A stretch of 24,000 nt of DNA from Neofamilia massiliensis (GCF_001299475.1 NZ_CYUJ01000002.1:754258-778257), one strand, 5' to 3'. Shown: positions 8,791-17,647, numbered from the stretch's first letter. The notes: generated by a model not told the origin, from the sequence alone. A program made the numbers and translations.

Positions 8791-9790
8791 AAATATACTT
8801 TTAAGTAAAAAGTTAGGAGGAGCCTACTTATTTTTAGGCTATGAAGCCCTGGCAATAGAGAGAACCATTGACTATATTATAAAATCCTATATTGATGGAC
8901 CCTTTAGAGACTTAAACTTCACACATGTTCACGGCTCAACTATTGATTTAAAAAACTTCTATGCCTACTTTGAAACCCTTCCTTTTATGGCTGATAAAAG
9001 GCTGGTATTAATTGATGAGCTAGGTCCAATGCTAGGAAAAATTGACCTGAGCCAAGACCTTTTAGACACCTTAGAAAATTTAAGTGAAGACACTATAGTA
9101 ATTTTTCACGACTCAGACCAAGACTTAAAGAAGAATACTAAGTTTTATAAGTTTTTTAAAAAGATAAATCGAGTTGTTGAATTTGAAAAGTTTTCTAATA
9201 TTGAAGTTAGAAACTTTATAAAAAAAGAATTTAATTCCAAGAAAAAGAAAATAAGAGATGACGATCTTTCTTATTTTTTAATGCTAACAGGTTATTTAAA
9301 TAAAAAAATTGAAAAAAATCTCTATGACCTAGTGACAGAAATAGACAAGGTAGTTTTTTATAGTGATGGAAGTGAAATCACAAGGGCAGATATAGATAAG
9401 ATAGTTGAAAAGTCTAAAGATTCAAATATATTTAATCTCTTAGATTCACTGGCAGACAAAAATTCAAAAGCAGCAATAAATTACTTACATGACCTCTATG
9501 AAAAAAATGAATCTATGCCAGGCATCCTCTATATGATCCAAAGAAGGTACAGCCACTTTTATCAATATGTATCTCTTTTTGAAATGAAAAAATCAGATGC
9601 ATTTATAAGGTCGACTATAGGAATTTCTGACTTTGAATATAAGGTAATTCAAAGGTCTTCTAGAAGATTTACTCCTTGCAAACTTAGAGAAAACTTAGAA
9701 CTTATTTTACAAACAGATAAGAGACTAAAGTCAACTTCTTATTCTGATTTATTTTTAATGGAATATCTCTTAGTCAGTCTTTGTAAGTAG
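8771..9790 (+). CDS. holA: DNA polymerase III subunit delta
   Basis: The 339-aa protein has an N-terminus (YLFLGYEALAIERTIDYI) typical of HolA. It sits in the comEC-holA-rpsT synteny. The SD is GAGGAAG at 8760-8766. The gene overlaps the comEC 3' end by 20 nt. Confidence 0.85.
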   Translation: MIYKDFKNILLSKKLGGAYLFLGYEALAIERTIDYIIKSYIDGPFRDLNFTHVHGSTIDLKNFYAYFETLPFMADKRLVLIDELGPMLGKIDLSQDLLDTLENLSEDTIVIFHDSDQDLKKNTKFYKFFKKINRVVEFEKFSNIEVRNFIKKEFNSKKKKIRDDDLSYFLMLTGYLNKKIEKNLYDLVTEIDKVVFYSDGSEITRADIDKIVEKSKDSNIFNLLDSLADKNSKAAINYLHDLYEKNESMPGILYMIQRRYSHFYQYVSLFEMKKSDAFIRSTIGISDFEYKVIQRSSRRFTPCKLRENLELILQTDKRLKSTSYSDLFLMEYLLVSLCK

Positions 9791-9797
9791 ATATAAA

Positions 9798-9821
9798 AAA
9801 ATCCCCTAGCTTAGGGGATTT
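9798..9821. terminator. Bidirectional terminator between holA (+) and rpsT (-)
   Basis: AAAATCCCC (9798-9806) pairs with GGGGATTT(T) (9814-9821). An A-run lies on the left and T/A-rich sequence on the right, so the hairpin can serve both convergent genes. Confidence 0.65.
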
Positions 9822-9823
9822 AA

Positions 9824-10090
9824 TTAATTAGACATTGCGTTAAATTTGTTAGTAAGTTGTCCAATTTTTCTAGAAATATTATTTTTATGCATTACATTTT
9901 TTGCTTCAGCTTGTCTGTATTTCTTTTCAGCTAAGTCAAGATATTTTTTTGCATCTTCAACTGAATTTTCAGCAACAGCTTTTTCAAATTTTTTAACATA
10001 AGTTTTAATTTCTGATTTTATTGCTCTATTTCTAGCTTCATTTCTTCTAGCTATTTCAACTCTTTTAATAGATGATTTAATATTAGCCAT
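9824..10090 (-). CDS. rpsT: 30S ribosomal protein S20
   Basis: The 88-aa protein begins MANIKSSIKRVEIARRNEARN, a canonical S20 N-terminus. The SD is GAGGTGG (reverse complement of 10093-10099). Confidence 0.95.
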   Translation of the reverse strand: MANIKSSIKRVEIARRNEARNRAIKSEIKTYVKKFEKAVAENSVEDAKKYLDLAEKKYRQAEAKNVMHKNNISRKIGQLTNKFNAMSN

Positions 10091-10127
10091 AGTCCACCTC
10101 CAAGATAAAAATTATTTCGTATACTTT

Positions 10128-10156
10128 ATTATATGTTACTTGTCTTATAATTTCAA
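10128..10156 (-). promoter_or_regulatory. Sigma-A type promoter of rpsT
   Basis: On the minus strand, TTGAAA (10156-10151) is followed by a 17-nt spacer and TATAAT (10133-10128). The -10 hexamer ends 37 nt upstream of the start codon, which gives a leader of about 30 nt. Confidence 0.6.
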
Positions 10157-10378
10157 GAAAAATAAGTTTTTTTTCGAAAAATACCAGCAAATTTATAAGA
10201 TTAGACTTTCAAAAATAGCTTTTATTAGTAGATACTTTATAATTTTACGATTTTCTGATAAAATAGACAAGTATTAAACTAGTATTTAGCAGGATCTTCT
10301 CCCTAAATATATTTTTTAAAGGAACTTTGTTTGATTAATATAAATATAGAGATTTAATAAGAGGAGTAAAAAAATTTT

Positions 10379-12178
10379 ATGGACAAAAACATTAGAAATT
10401 TTTCTATAATAGCCCATATTGACCACGGCAAGTCAACACTTGCTGATAGACTTATTGAAAACACAGGAACTATGGCCGCAAGAGACATTTCTGACCAGGT
10501 TCTTGATAGTATGGATCTAGAAAGAGAACGTGGTATTACAATTAAATTAAAGGCAGTGAGACTAAACTATAAGGCCAAGGACGGCAAGGATTATATTTTT
10601 AATCTTATAGACACTCCAGGTCATGTAGACTTTAACTACGAAGTTTCAAGATCTTTAGCTGCATGCGAGGGGGCTATTTTAGTAGTTGATGCAGCTCAAG
10701 GAATAGAAGCTCAAACTTTGGCCAATGTATATCTTGCTTTAGACCAAGACCTTGAAATTATTCCTGTTATTAATAAAATCGACCTACCATCAGCAGAACC
10801 TGAAAGAGTAAAACATGAAATCGAAGACATAATTGGCTTAGATGCATCTGACGCTCCATTAATTTCTGCAAAAACAGGACTAAATATAGATGATGTCCTA
10901 GAAGCCATAGTTGAAAAAGTTCCAGCTCCATCAGGCCAAGACGACGGTCCACTAAAGGCTCTTTTATTTGATTCAATTTATGATTCATACAGGGGAGTAA
11001 TTTGTTTTATTAGAGTCTTTGATGGAAATATTAAGCCAGGCTCAATGATTAAATTTATGGCCAATGGTGCAGAATTTGAAGTTGATGAAGTAGGTTATGT
11101 TTCTGATGGACAGATTTTAACTAACGAGCTTAAGGCAGGTGAAGTAGGATTTTTCACTGCCTCAATAAAAGATGTTAAATATGCTAGAGTTGGAGACACG
11201 ATTACTAATGCAAATAATCCAACGGCTCAGGCTCTTCCTGGTTATAAGGAAGCAGTGTCTATGGTTTATTGTGGAATTTATCCTGCTGAGGGAGAAGAGT
11301 TTACAAACATTAGAGATGCTCTAGAAAAACTTCAAGTAAATGATGCCTCACTTTCTTTTGAACAAGAAACATCCCAGGCCCTAGGTTTTGGATACAGGTG
11401 TGGTTTCTTAGGTCTCTTGCACATGGAAATTATCCAAGAAAGACTTGAAAGAGAATTTAATTTAGATATTATTACAACAGCTCCATCAGTAATCTATAAG
11501 GTTCACAAAACAGATGGAAGTGTTCTTGAAATTCAAAATCCATCGAACCTTCCACCATTAACTGAAATTAAAAAGATGGAAGAACCAATAGTAAATGCAA
11601 CTATTATGTCTCCCTCAGACTATGTAGGAACAATAATGGAGCTTTGCCAAGGAAAGAGGGGAGTTTTCAAAAATATAGAATACTTAGACACAACAAGAGT
11701 TGCTGTCCACTACCAGTTACCACTTAATGAAGTTGTCTATGACTTTTTTGATGCTTTAAAATCAAAAACTTCAGGATACGCCTCCTTGGACTATGAAATG
11801 GCAGGCTATGAAGAAAGTGATTTAGTTAAATTAGATATTTTAATAAATGGTGAGCTAGTAGATGCTTTATCATTAATAGTCCATAGAGAAAAGGCCTACG
11901 AAAGAGGAAGAAATATTTGTGAACGCTTAGTTGATGAAATTCCTAAACACCAATTTGCAATTCCTATCCAAGCGGCAGTTGGCAACAAGATTATTGCCAG
12001 AGAAACTATTAGGGCCTTAAGAAAAGACGTTTTATCTAAGTGTTATGGTGGAGATATTTCTAGAAAGAAAAAACTTCTTGAAAAACAAAAAGAAGGTAAG
12101 AAGAGGATGAGACAAATTGGCTCAGTAGAAGTTCCTCAAAATGCCTTCTTAGCTGTTTTAAAATACGATGAAAAGTAA
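10379..12178 (+). CDS. lepA: Translation elongation factor 4 (LepA)
   Basis: The 599-aa protein has the GTPase motifs [14 protein letters not shown] and NKID. It also has the LepA-specific C-terminal domain ([23 protein letters not shown]). The SD is AGAGGAG. Confidence 0.97.
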   Translation: MDKNIRNFSIIAHIDHGKSTLADRLIENTGTMAARDISDQVLDSMDLERERGITIKLKAVRLNYKAKDGKDYIFNLIDTPGHVDFNYEVSRSLAACEGAILVVDAAQGIEAQTLANVYLALDQDLEIIPVINKIDLPSAEPERVKHEIEDIIGLDASDAPLISAKTGLNIDDVLEAIVEKVPAPSGQDDGPLKALLFDSIYDSYRGVICFIRVFDGNIKPGSMIKFMANGAEFEVDEVGYVSDGQILTNELKAGEVGFFTASIKDVKYARVGDTITNANNPTAQALPGYKEAVSMVYCGIYPAEGEEFTNIRDALEKLQVNDASLSFEQETSQALGFGYRCGFLGLLHMEIIQERLEREFNLDIITTAPSVIYKVHKTDGSVLEIQNPSNLPPLTEIKKMEEPIVNATIMSPSDYVGTIMELCQGKRGVFKNIEYLDTTRVAVHYQLPLNEVVYDFFDALKSKTSGYASLDYEMAGYEESDLVKLDILINGELVDALSLIVHREKAYERGRNICERLVDEIPKHQFAIPIQAAVGNKIIARETIRALRKDVLSKCYGGDISRKKKLLEKQKEGKKRMRQIGSVEVPQNAFLAVLKYDEK

Positions 12179-13313
12179 GTTAGGACTTTATATCCACATA
12201 CCTTTTTGCCAGCAAAAGTGCAACTATTGTGATTTTAATTCGTTTAAATCATCAGCAAGTGAAAGAAGTATTTATATAGATGCTTTAATAAAAGAAATTT
12301 TTATGCAGGGACCATCCTATAAAGATTATTTAGTTGATAGTATTTTTATAGGCGGAGGAACGCCATCGATTTTAGATGAACGAGAAATTATTAGAATTTC
12401 AAAAGCTTTAGAAGATAATTTTTCTATAGCTAGTGACCTTGAATTTACTATTGAACTCAATCCAAACTCTGTTAACTTAGAAAAATTTAAAGCCTACAAA
12501 GAAGCAGGAATTAATAGACTAAGTTTTGGCGGTCAGTCTTTTAACGACAAGGAACTAAAAGACCTAGGTAGAATCCACCAGGCTTCAGATATTTTCACTG
12601 CCATTAAATTAGCTAAAAGTATTGGTTTTAAAAATATTAGTCTAGACTTAATGCTAGGTATTCCTGGTCAAAGCTTAGAGTCCTTAAAGGATTCTTTAAA
12701 AAAGGCAATGTCTTTAGACCTAAAGCACTTGTCAGTTTATTCTTTAATTTTAGAAGCAGGGACAAATCTTTATGATATGGCTACAAGGACTAATAAACTT
12801 AACCTGCCAGATGAGACATTAGAAAGGGACATGTATCATTTTACAAAAAACTTTTTAAAAGATTTTGGTTTTTATCAATATGAAATTTCAAACTTTTCAA
12901 AAGAGGGTTTTGAATCTAGGCACAATTTAAAATACTGGTCCTTTGAAGATTATTTAGGCCTAGGCCTATCAAGCTCTTCTAAAATTGGCAATAAAAGATT
13001 TGCAAATGTAGATGGCTTTTCTTCTTATATAAAAGCATTAGAAAATAATTTATTGCCAGTAAAAGAAAAAGAAGTTTTAACTAGACAAGATCAAATTAAC
13101 GAATATATATTTATGGGCCTTAGAAAAACTGTGGGATTTTCTTACAAAAAATTAGAAGAGATTTTTTCTCTAGATTTTCTAAGTGTCTATGAAAATGAAA
13201 TTGAAAAGAACTTAAATTTAGGCTTAATAGATGTAGACGATAATTACCTAAGGCTAACAGAAAAAGGTTTAGACTTAGCCAACCAAGTAGAAATAGACTT
13301 TTATAGATTATAG
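12168..13313 (+). CDS. hemW: Radical SAM heme chaperone HemW (HemN-like, formerly annotated as coproporphyrinogen III oxidase)
   Basis: The 381-aa protein begins [17 protein letters not shown] (CxxxCxxC cluster). It has a HemN_C-like C-terminus and follows lepA as in other Firmicutes. It overlaps the lepA 3' end by 11 nt and has no SD, which suggests translational coupling. Confidence 0.9.
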   Translation: MKSKLGLYIHIPFCQQKCNYCDFNSFKSSASERSIYIDALIKEIFMQGPSYKDYLVDSIFIGGGTPSILDEREIIRISKALEDNFSIASDLEFTIELNPNSVNLEKFKAYKEAGINRLSFGGQSFNDKELKDLGRIHQASDIFTAIKLAKSIGFKNISLDLMLGIPGQSLESLKDSLKKAMSLDLKHLSVYSLILEAGTNLYDMATRTNKLNLPDETLERDMYHFTKNFLKDFGFYQYEISNFSKEGFESRHNLKYWSFEDYLGLGLSSSSKIGNKRFANVDGFSSYIKALENNLLPVKEKEVLTRQDQINEYIFMGLRKTVGFSYKKLEEIFSLDFLSVYENEIEKNLNLGLIDVDDNYLRLTEKGLDLANQVEIDFYRL

Positions 13314-13323
13314 GAAGGATTTT

Positions 13324-14349
13324 ATGCTAACAAGCAATTTTGTAAATAAGAGAAATAATTTTGAGATAAAAGAAATTTGGAACTACCTGCAGAAGCACGG
13401 AGTAGCCTATGACAATCCTGAAGCCAGCGTAGTTGTTAGAGACCAGGGAAAGATAATTGGAACTGGGTCACTTGACGGCAAAGTTATGAAGTATTTCTTT
13501 TTAGAAGACGACTATAAGGGGCAGGGGATTTTAGCCCAAATTTATAATATGCTTTTAACATACCTTTTAGACCTAGGTGTCACTGAACATTTTATATTTA
13601 CAAAACCTGAAAATTATTATATCTTTAAAGGAATTGGTTTAAAAAAAGTAATCGAAACTGAAAAAGTCCTTTTACTAGAAGGTGGCTTTAATACTTATAA
13701 AAAGTGGGTAAAATCTATTAAAAATCAATTAAATCCTAAAGCCTCTACTAGGGGAGCAATTGTAGCTAATTGCAATCCAATGACCAAGGGCCATAAGTAT
13801 CTTATGGACTATGCAAAGTCAAAAGTCGATGAACTTATAATATTTGTAGTTGAAGAAAATAAATCAGCATTTCCTACTGAAGTCAGGTATAATATAGTAA
13901 AAAATGAATATAAAAATGACCCAAAGGTTTTAGTGGTAAAAGGTGGTAATTATATTATTTCTCAAGGCACCTTTCCAACTTATTTTTTAAAAAAAGTTGA
14001 CGATTCTTTAGATATTTATACAGAATTAGATGCAAAAATATTTTCTGAAAGAATAGCCAAGGACTTAGATATTGATATTAGATTTGTTGGAGATGAACCA
14101 ATAGATAGACTTACTGCCAAGTATAATGAAAAACTATATAAATCTACCCTAGGCGTGAAACTCAGGTTAAAAAAAATTGATAGAAAAGTAGAAATGGGTA
14201 GTCCTATATCTGCTTCAAGAGTTAGAAGTCTTATTAAAGAAGGAAAGACTGAAGAAGCCTATCCACTACTTGTAGATAGTACTATAGAATTTTTACAAAG
14301 CCCTGAAGGGGAAAAAATTATAAAAATAATCCAAGAGAGTGAGAGTTAA
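13324..14349 (+). CDS. citC: [Citrate (pro-3S)-lyase] ligase family protein (CitC-like: N-terminal GNAT-like domain plus cytidylyltransferase-fold adenylating domain)
   Basis: The 341-aa protein has ANCNPMTKGHKYLM (compare the CitC NPxTxGH motif), YIISQGTFPTYFLK, RFVGDEP and PISASRVR. All of these match my recollection of E. coli CitC. No citD/E/F/X/G genes occur in the window. The gene starts 10 nt after hemW and ends 2 nt before the next gene. Confidence 0.8.
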   Translation: MLTSNFVNKRNNFEIKEIWNYLQKHGVAYDNPEASVVVRDQGKIIGTGSLDGKVMKYFFLEDDYKGQGILAQIYNMLLTYLLDLGVTEHFIFTKPENYYIFKGIGLKKVIETEKVLLLEGGFNTYKKWVKSIKNQLNPKASTRGAIVANCNPMTKGHKYLMDYAKSKVDELIIFVVEENKSAFPTEVRYNIVKNEYKNDPKVLVVKGGNYIISQGTFPTYFLKKVDDSLDIYTELDAKIFSERIAKDLDIDIRFVGDEPIDRLTAKYNEKLYKSTLGVKLRLKKIDRKVEMGSPISASRVRSLIKEGKTEEAYPLLVDSTIEFLQSPEGEKIIKIIQESES

Positions 14350-14351
14350 CT

Positions 14352-15992
14352 ATGAAAAAATTAATTGTATTTTTACTAATTCTTCTGTTAATGTTTGGAG
14401 GAGTATATGTATTCTTTTTTAGAAATGGTGAATCAGATGATACATCAACACTTTATACAGATAACAGATTAATTTATGAAGGAGACCTTCAAGATGAATC
14501 TTATTTAAAGGTCATTGATGGCCAAGTTTATATTTCCTTAAACTTTATTAAAGAAAAAATAGACGAAAATGTTTTTTACGACAGCAATGAACAAACAGTA
14601 GTCTTTACTAATGAAAAATCTGTTAGAAGATATAAGCTAAACGAATCTACAGGAACTAGTAATGATGTAGAAATCTCTTTAAGAGCTCCATTAACAGAAA
14701 TTGATGGTGAAGTTATGGTTCCTATTGAAGCCTTTGTCTATGACTACCCAATAGACTTAAAATATAACTCTGAAGAAAAGGTAGTTACTATTGACAGGAC
14801 AGATAAAGAATATATGACTGCTAAAGTAACAGTAAACACTTCTTATCTAAGAGAAGAAGCCAGTTCAAAATCTCCAATAGTAAAAATAATGTCAAAAGAT
14901 GACAAGGTTTATGTTTACGGAGAAACGGCAGAATGGTATAAGGTAAGACAGCTAGAGGGAAAAACTGGTTATATGAGAAAGAGACACTTAGAGCTTTCCT
15001 ATGACCTAAAAGAATTTTCTAGAGAAAAGGATCCTTTAGAAACAGCCAAAGAAGAAGAACAAGAAAAAATAAATCTTCTTTGGGACTATACTTCAGTAAA
15101 AACTCCAAATGGCGATTCAGTTGAGAACTTAGTAGGCGTTAATGTTTTATCGCCTACTTGGTTTTCTTTAAATGAAGATTTTTCAATTGATGATAGGTCA
15201 AATTATGAATATGTAAAAAAAGCCCAAGGTTATGGGATGAAAGTTTGGCCAATGTTTGACAATTCTTTTAAAGAAGGGCTGACAGAACTTGCTTTAAAAT
15301 CAACTAGTAGAAGGCAAGAAATAATAGCTGACGTTTTTAAAAAATGCCAGGACATTGGAGTTGATGGAATTAATATAGACTTTGAAGATATTAATGTTGA
15401 GACTAGGGATAATTTCTCACAATTTGTAAGAGAACTTTATCCAATTTTTTCTGAAGCAGGAATGACTGTAAGTGTTGATGTTGTTCCTAGAATTTTTTCT
15501 GAAGTAGAAAAAGAACCTTATGACAGAAAGGCATTAGCTGACATAGCAGACTATATAATGTTGATGGCTTATGACCAACACTGGTCTTCAAGTCAAACAG
15601 CTGGATCAGTTGCTGAATATTCTTGGGTTGAAGCTAATACAAATGTCTTATTTAGGTCAATTCCAATGGAAAAGTTTGTTCTTAGTTTACCACTATATAC
15701 TAGAATTTGGTTTGATAAAGGAGGACAAGTAAGCTCTCAATCAGTTTCTATGGAAGTTGCTAACGAATTTATAAGCAAAAATAATATTGAAATGGAATGG
15801 GACACTAAAGCCAAGCAAAAAGTTGGTCACAAACAAATAGGTGATTCACTAGTTTCAATTTGGCTAGAAGATGGCCAATCTATAAAGGCCAAAACATCTC
15901 TAGTAGAAAAATATGGCCTAGCTGGAGTTGCCTCTTGGAGAAAGGGTTTTGAAACCTTAGATATTTGGAGTGTAATAGACGAAAATATTTAA
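14352..15992 (+). CDS. Membrane-anchored glycoside hydrolase family 18 protein (YaaH/YdhD-like) with Cu-amine-oxidase-N-like and SH3b domains
   Basis: The 546-aa protein has an N-terminal signal anchor (KKLIVFLLILLLMFGGVYVFFF). A stalk domain resembling Cu_amine_oxidN1 follows (GQVYISLNFI...GEVMVPIEAF). Next comes an SH3b-like segment (SSKSPIVKIMSKDDKVYVYGETAEWYKVRQLEGKTGYM). The GH18 catalytic core is GVDGINIDFE, plus MAYDQHW. Confidence 0.8.
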   Translation: MKKLIVFLLILLLMFGGVYVFFFRNGESDDTSTLYTDNRLIYEGDLQDESYLKVIDGQVYISLNFIKEKIDENVFYDSNEQTVVFTNEKSVRRYKLNESTGTSNDVEISLRAPLTEIDGEVMVPIEAFVYDYPIDLKYNSEEKVVTIDRTDKEYMTAKVTVNTSYLREEASSKSPIVKIMSKDDKVYVYGETAEWYKVRQLEGKTGYMRKRHLELSYDLKEFSREKDPLETAKEEEQEKINLLWDYTSVKTPNGDSVENLVGVNVLSPTWFSLNEDFSIDDRSNYEYVKKAQGYGMKVWPMFDNSFKEGLTELALKSTSRRQEIIADVFKKCQDIGVDGINIDFEDINVETRDNFSQFVRELYPIFSEAGMTVSVDVVPRIFSEVEKEPYDRKALADIADYIMLMAYDQHWSSSQTAGSVAEYSWVEANTNVLFRSIPMEKFVLSLPLYTRIWFDKGGQVSSQSVSMEVANEFISKNNIEMEWDTKAKQKVGHKQIGDSLVSIWLEDGQSIKAKTSLVEKYGLAGVASWRKGFETLDIWSVIDENI

Positions 15993-16082
15993 AATTTTCA
16001 CAAAGATTTAACTAAATATTCTCAAACACTTATAGTTTATCTAGTACTATAAATTTAAAGAAAATATAAAGGGGTGGTTCCA

Positions 16083-16718
16083 ATGCACGCACAAACCCAC
16101 AAACTTATAAGCCAAAACTTATATGAATTTGTATCAGAAAATTACGACATTGAACTAAACAAGAAGATGCTAGATTGGGGTTCTGTAGCTCCAGATATTT
16201 TACCAAAATATAAGTTATACAGACACTACTATGACAACAGCATTGATTATATAATATACAAGATTGTAAAAATAATATTTTTAAATAGGTTTTTAGATTT
16301 TACAAATGGATCTTATTTAAACTTAAAGGCTTTTTCTAGAGACTTGGGAATCATATCTCACTATCTATCAGATTTTACATGTAGAGCCCATGCTGACAGG
16401 TGGGAGTTTCCAAAGTCTTTAGTAAAGCATGTTAAATACGAAATAGATTTAAATGATTATTCTAAAGATCATGAGTTTTCTCATATCGATATTGAATTTG
16501 AACCATTTGAATCTGGTGCTGCTTCTAGCTTAGAAGAGATTTTAATAATTAAGAAAAATATTGAGAAGGTAGTTAATTCTTATTTAGAAAAAGAGCCTAA
16601 TTTCCAAACCGATTTGGATTATGCACTTGCACTTAACAAGGCTGTTTATCAATTTATAATTGAAAGCATTTTATCTTATAGCTATAAAGAATCTACAGAC
16701 CTTGCATTTGGATATTAA
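16083..16718 (+). CDS. Zinc-dependent phospholipase C-like family protein (cytoplasmic, no signal peptide)
   Basis: The 211-aa protein has His/Asp ligand-like positions in the order expected for the Zn-PLC fold (HAQTHKLI, WGSVAPD, HY, ISHYLSDFTCRAHAD, H at VKHV). I prefer the ATG at 16083 because AAGGGG at 16069-16074 lies 8 nt upstream. The track start, GTG at 16074, lies inside that SD. The family call is tentative. Confidence 0.5.
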   Translation: MHAQTHKLISQNLYEFVSENYDIELNKKMLDWGSVAPDILPKYKLYRHYYDNSIDYIIYKIVKIIFLNRFLDFTNGSYLNLKAFSRDLGIISHYLSDFTCRAHADRWEFPKSLVKHVKYEIDLNDYSKDHEFSHIDIEFEPFESGAASSLEEILIIKKNIEKVVNSYLEKEPNFQTDLDYALALNKAVYQFIIESILSYSYKESTDLAFGY

Positions 16719-16744
16719 AAAGTTTCCTTCGGGGAACTTTTTTT
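16718..16744 (+). terminator. Rho-independent terminator (UUCG tetraloop)
   Basis: AAAAGTTTCC (16718-16727) pairs with GGGAACTTTT (16732-16741) around a TTCG loop, with one G-U pair. The pairing runs into a T7 run ending at 16744. The hairpin starts immediately after the stop codon. Confidence 0.75.
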
Positions 16745-16863
16745 ATGAAATAAATTATTTTTCTAAAAAAATATTTTCAAATAAAATAAATTGTAAAAAC
16801 AAGATTAAGACTGTCTTATAAAGGTGTAATAGAAACTTAATATAGAAAATTATTCACTTTTTC

Positions 16864-16892
16864 CTCACAAAGTGCAAAAAATATAGTATAAT
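16864..16892 (+). promoter_or_regulatory. Candidate sigma-A promoter for the 243-aa orphan gene
   Basis: A consensus TATAAT lies at 16887-16892. CTCACA (4/6 to TTGACA) lies at 16864-16869, giving a 17-nt spacer. The AGGAGG SD at 16904-16909 is 6 nt before the GTG start. Confidence 0.5.
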
Positions 16893-16915
16893 ATTTTTAC
16901 TATAGGAGGCATATT

Positions 16916-17647
16916 GTGTTAGCAAATAGTAATAGAGATGTTTCTAACAGTCTAAAAAGAAAGTTCTTGTATGATAAAGACTTAAATAGCATACATTTAT
17001 TAATAGATATTTTAAAAACTGAAGATTCTATTGGCAGCATAAGCCCAAACTATACTTCTTTGAGGGATTTTAAAAAGTATATAAAAAGATCTCTTAGAGG
17101 AAGAGAAGGAAAAGATTTAGCTGCAAAAAACATTGGAGAATTAATCCACGATGATCTTAATAGGCTAGAACTTTTACTTTATTTAGAAGGTTACAAAGCT
17201 GGATACAGGTCTACTAAGTATGTAAATCTAATAGAAAAAAGTTTTTTAAACAACTTTGAAATAGTTTCTATCTATTCTCAAGACCGTATTTACAAAGAGC
17301 TTAATAAAAATCCAGACTTAATAAATTTAAAAACAAAGCTTCAAAATAAGTTTAAAAGAGAAATGAAAATGAGCCTTGGTTTAGAAAAACTTGTAAAATC
17401 TTACAGTAGACGAGTTATTAAGCCGAAAATTTTTTCAATAAATAAAAATCTTGATAGACAAGTTAAAATGTACGAAGGTTCTGATGGCAAGGCCATACTT
17501 AAATATGAAAATAGACTTTTTAAAAAGTCTGAAATTACAAGTTTATATAGAAGTATAATTAAATTTATTTCAGAAGATAGTATTAGAATTTTGGCAGATG
17601 CTTATTGGAATGGATTAATTGAAAAAGTATTAAGGAGATATAGATAG
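16916..17647 (+). CDS. Hypothetical protein, Lys/Leu-rich and predicted helical, no recognisable domain
   Basis: This is a 243-aa ORF with a GTG start and a perfect AGGAGG SD at optimal spacing. It has its own promoter-like element and a downstream hairpin. I recognise no motif, and there is no TM segment or signal peptide. It contains the segment NRLELLLYLEGYKAGYRS. Confidence 0.6.
   Translation: MLANSNRDVSNSLKRKFLYDKDLNSIHLLIDILKTEDSIGSISPNYTSLRDFKKYIKRSLRGREGKDLAAKNIGELIHDDLNRLELLLYLEGYKAGYRSTKYVNLIEKSFLNNFEIVSIYSQDRIYKELNKNPDLINLKTKLQNKFKREMKMSLGLEKLVKSYSRRVIKPKIFSINKNLDRQVKMYEGSDGKAILKYENRLFKKSEITSLYRSIIKFISEDSIRILADAYWNGLIEKVLRRYR

Noticed and set aside
10170-10181. A perfect 12-bp palindrome TTTTTCGAAAAA upstream of the rpsT -35, considered as a possible operator.
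   Set aside because: It is a homopolymer-type palindrome in very AT-rich DNA, is likely to arise by chance, and has no second half-site or repeat.
12168-13313. Annotating the HemN-like gene as oxygen-independent coproporphyrinogen III oxidase, which would imply heme biosynthesis.
   Set aside because: Its size (381 aa), sequence type and position after lepA fit the HemW heme-chaperone subgroup. No other heme biosynthesis genes are visible in the window.
13324-14349. Inferring a citrate fermentation (citrate lyase) locus from the CitC-like gene.
   Set aside because: No citD, citE, citF, citX, citG or citrate transporter is present in the window. Only the ligase homologue is present, so a pathway call is unsupported.
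16748-16792. A direct repeat AAATAAATT at 16748-16756 and 16784-16792 in the spacer before the orphan gene.
   Set aside because: A 9-mer composed only of A and T in an AT-rich intergenic region is expected by chance, and it has no flanking structure.
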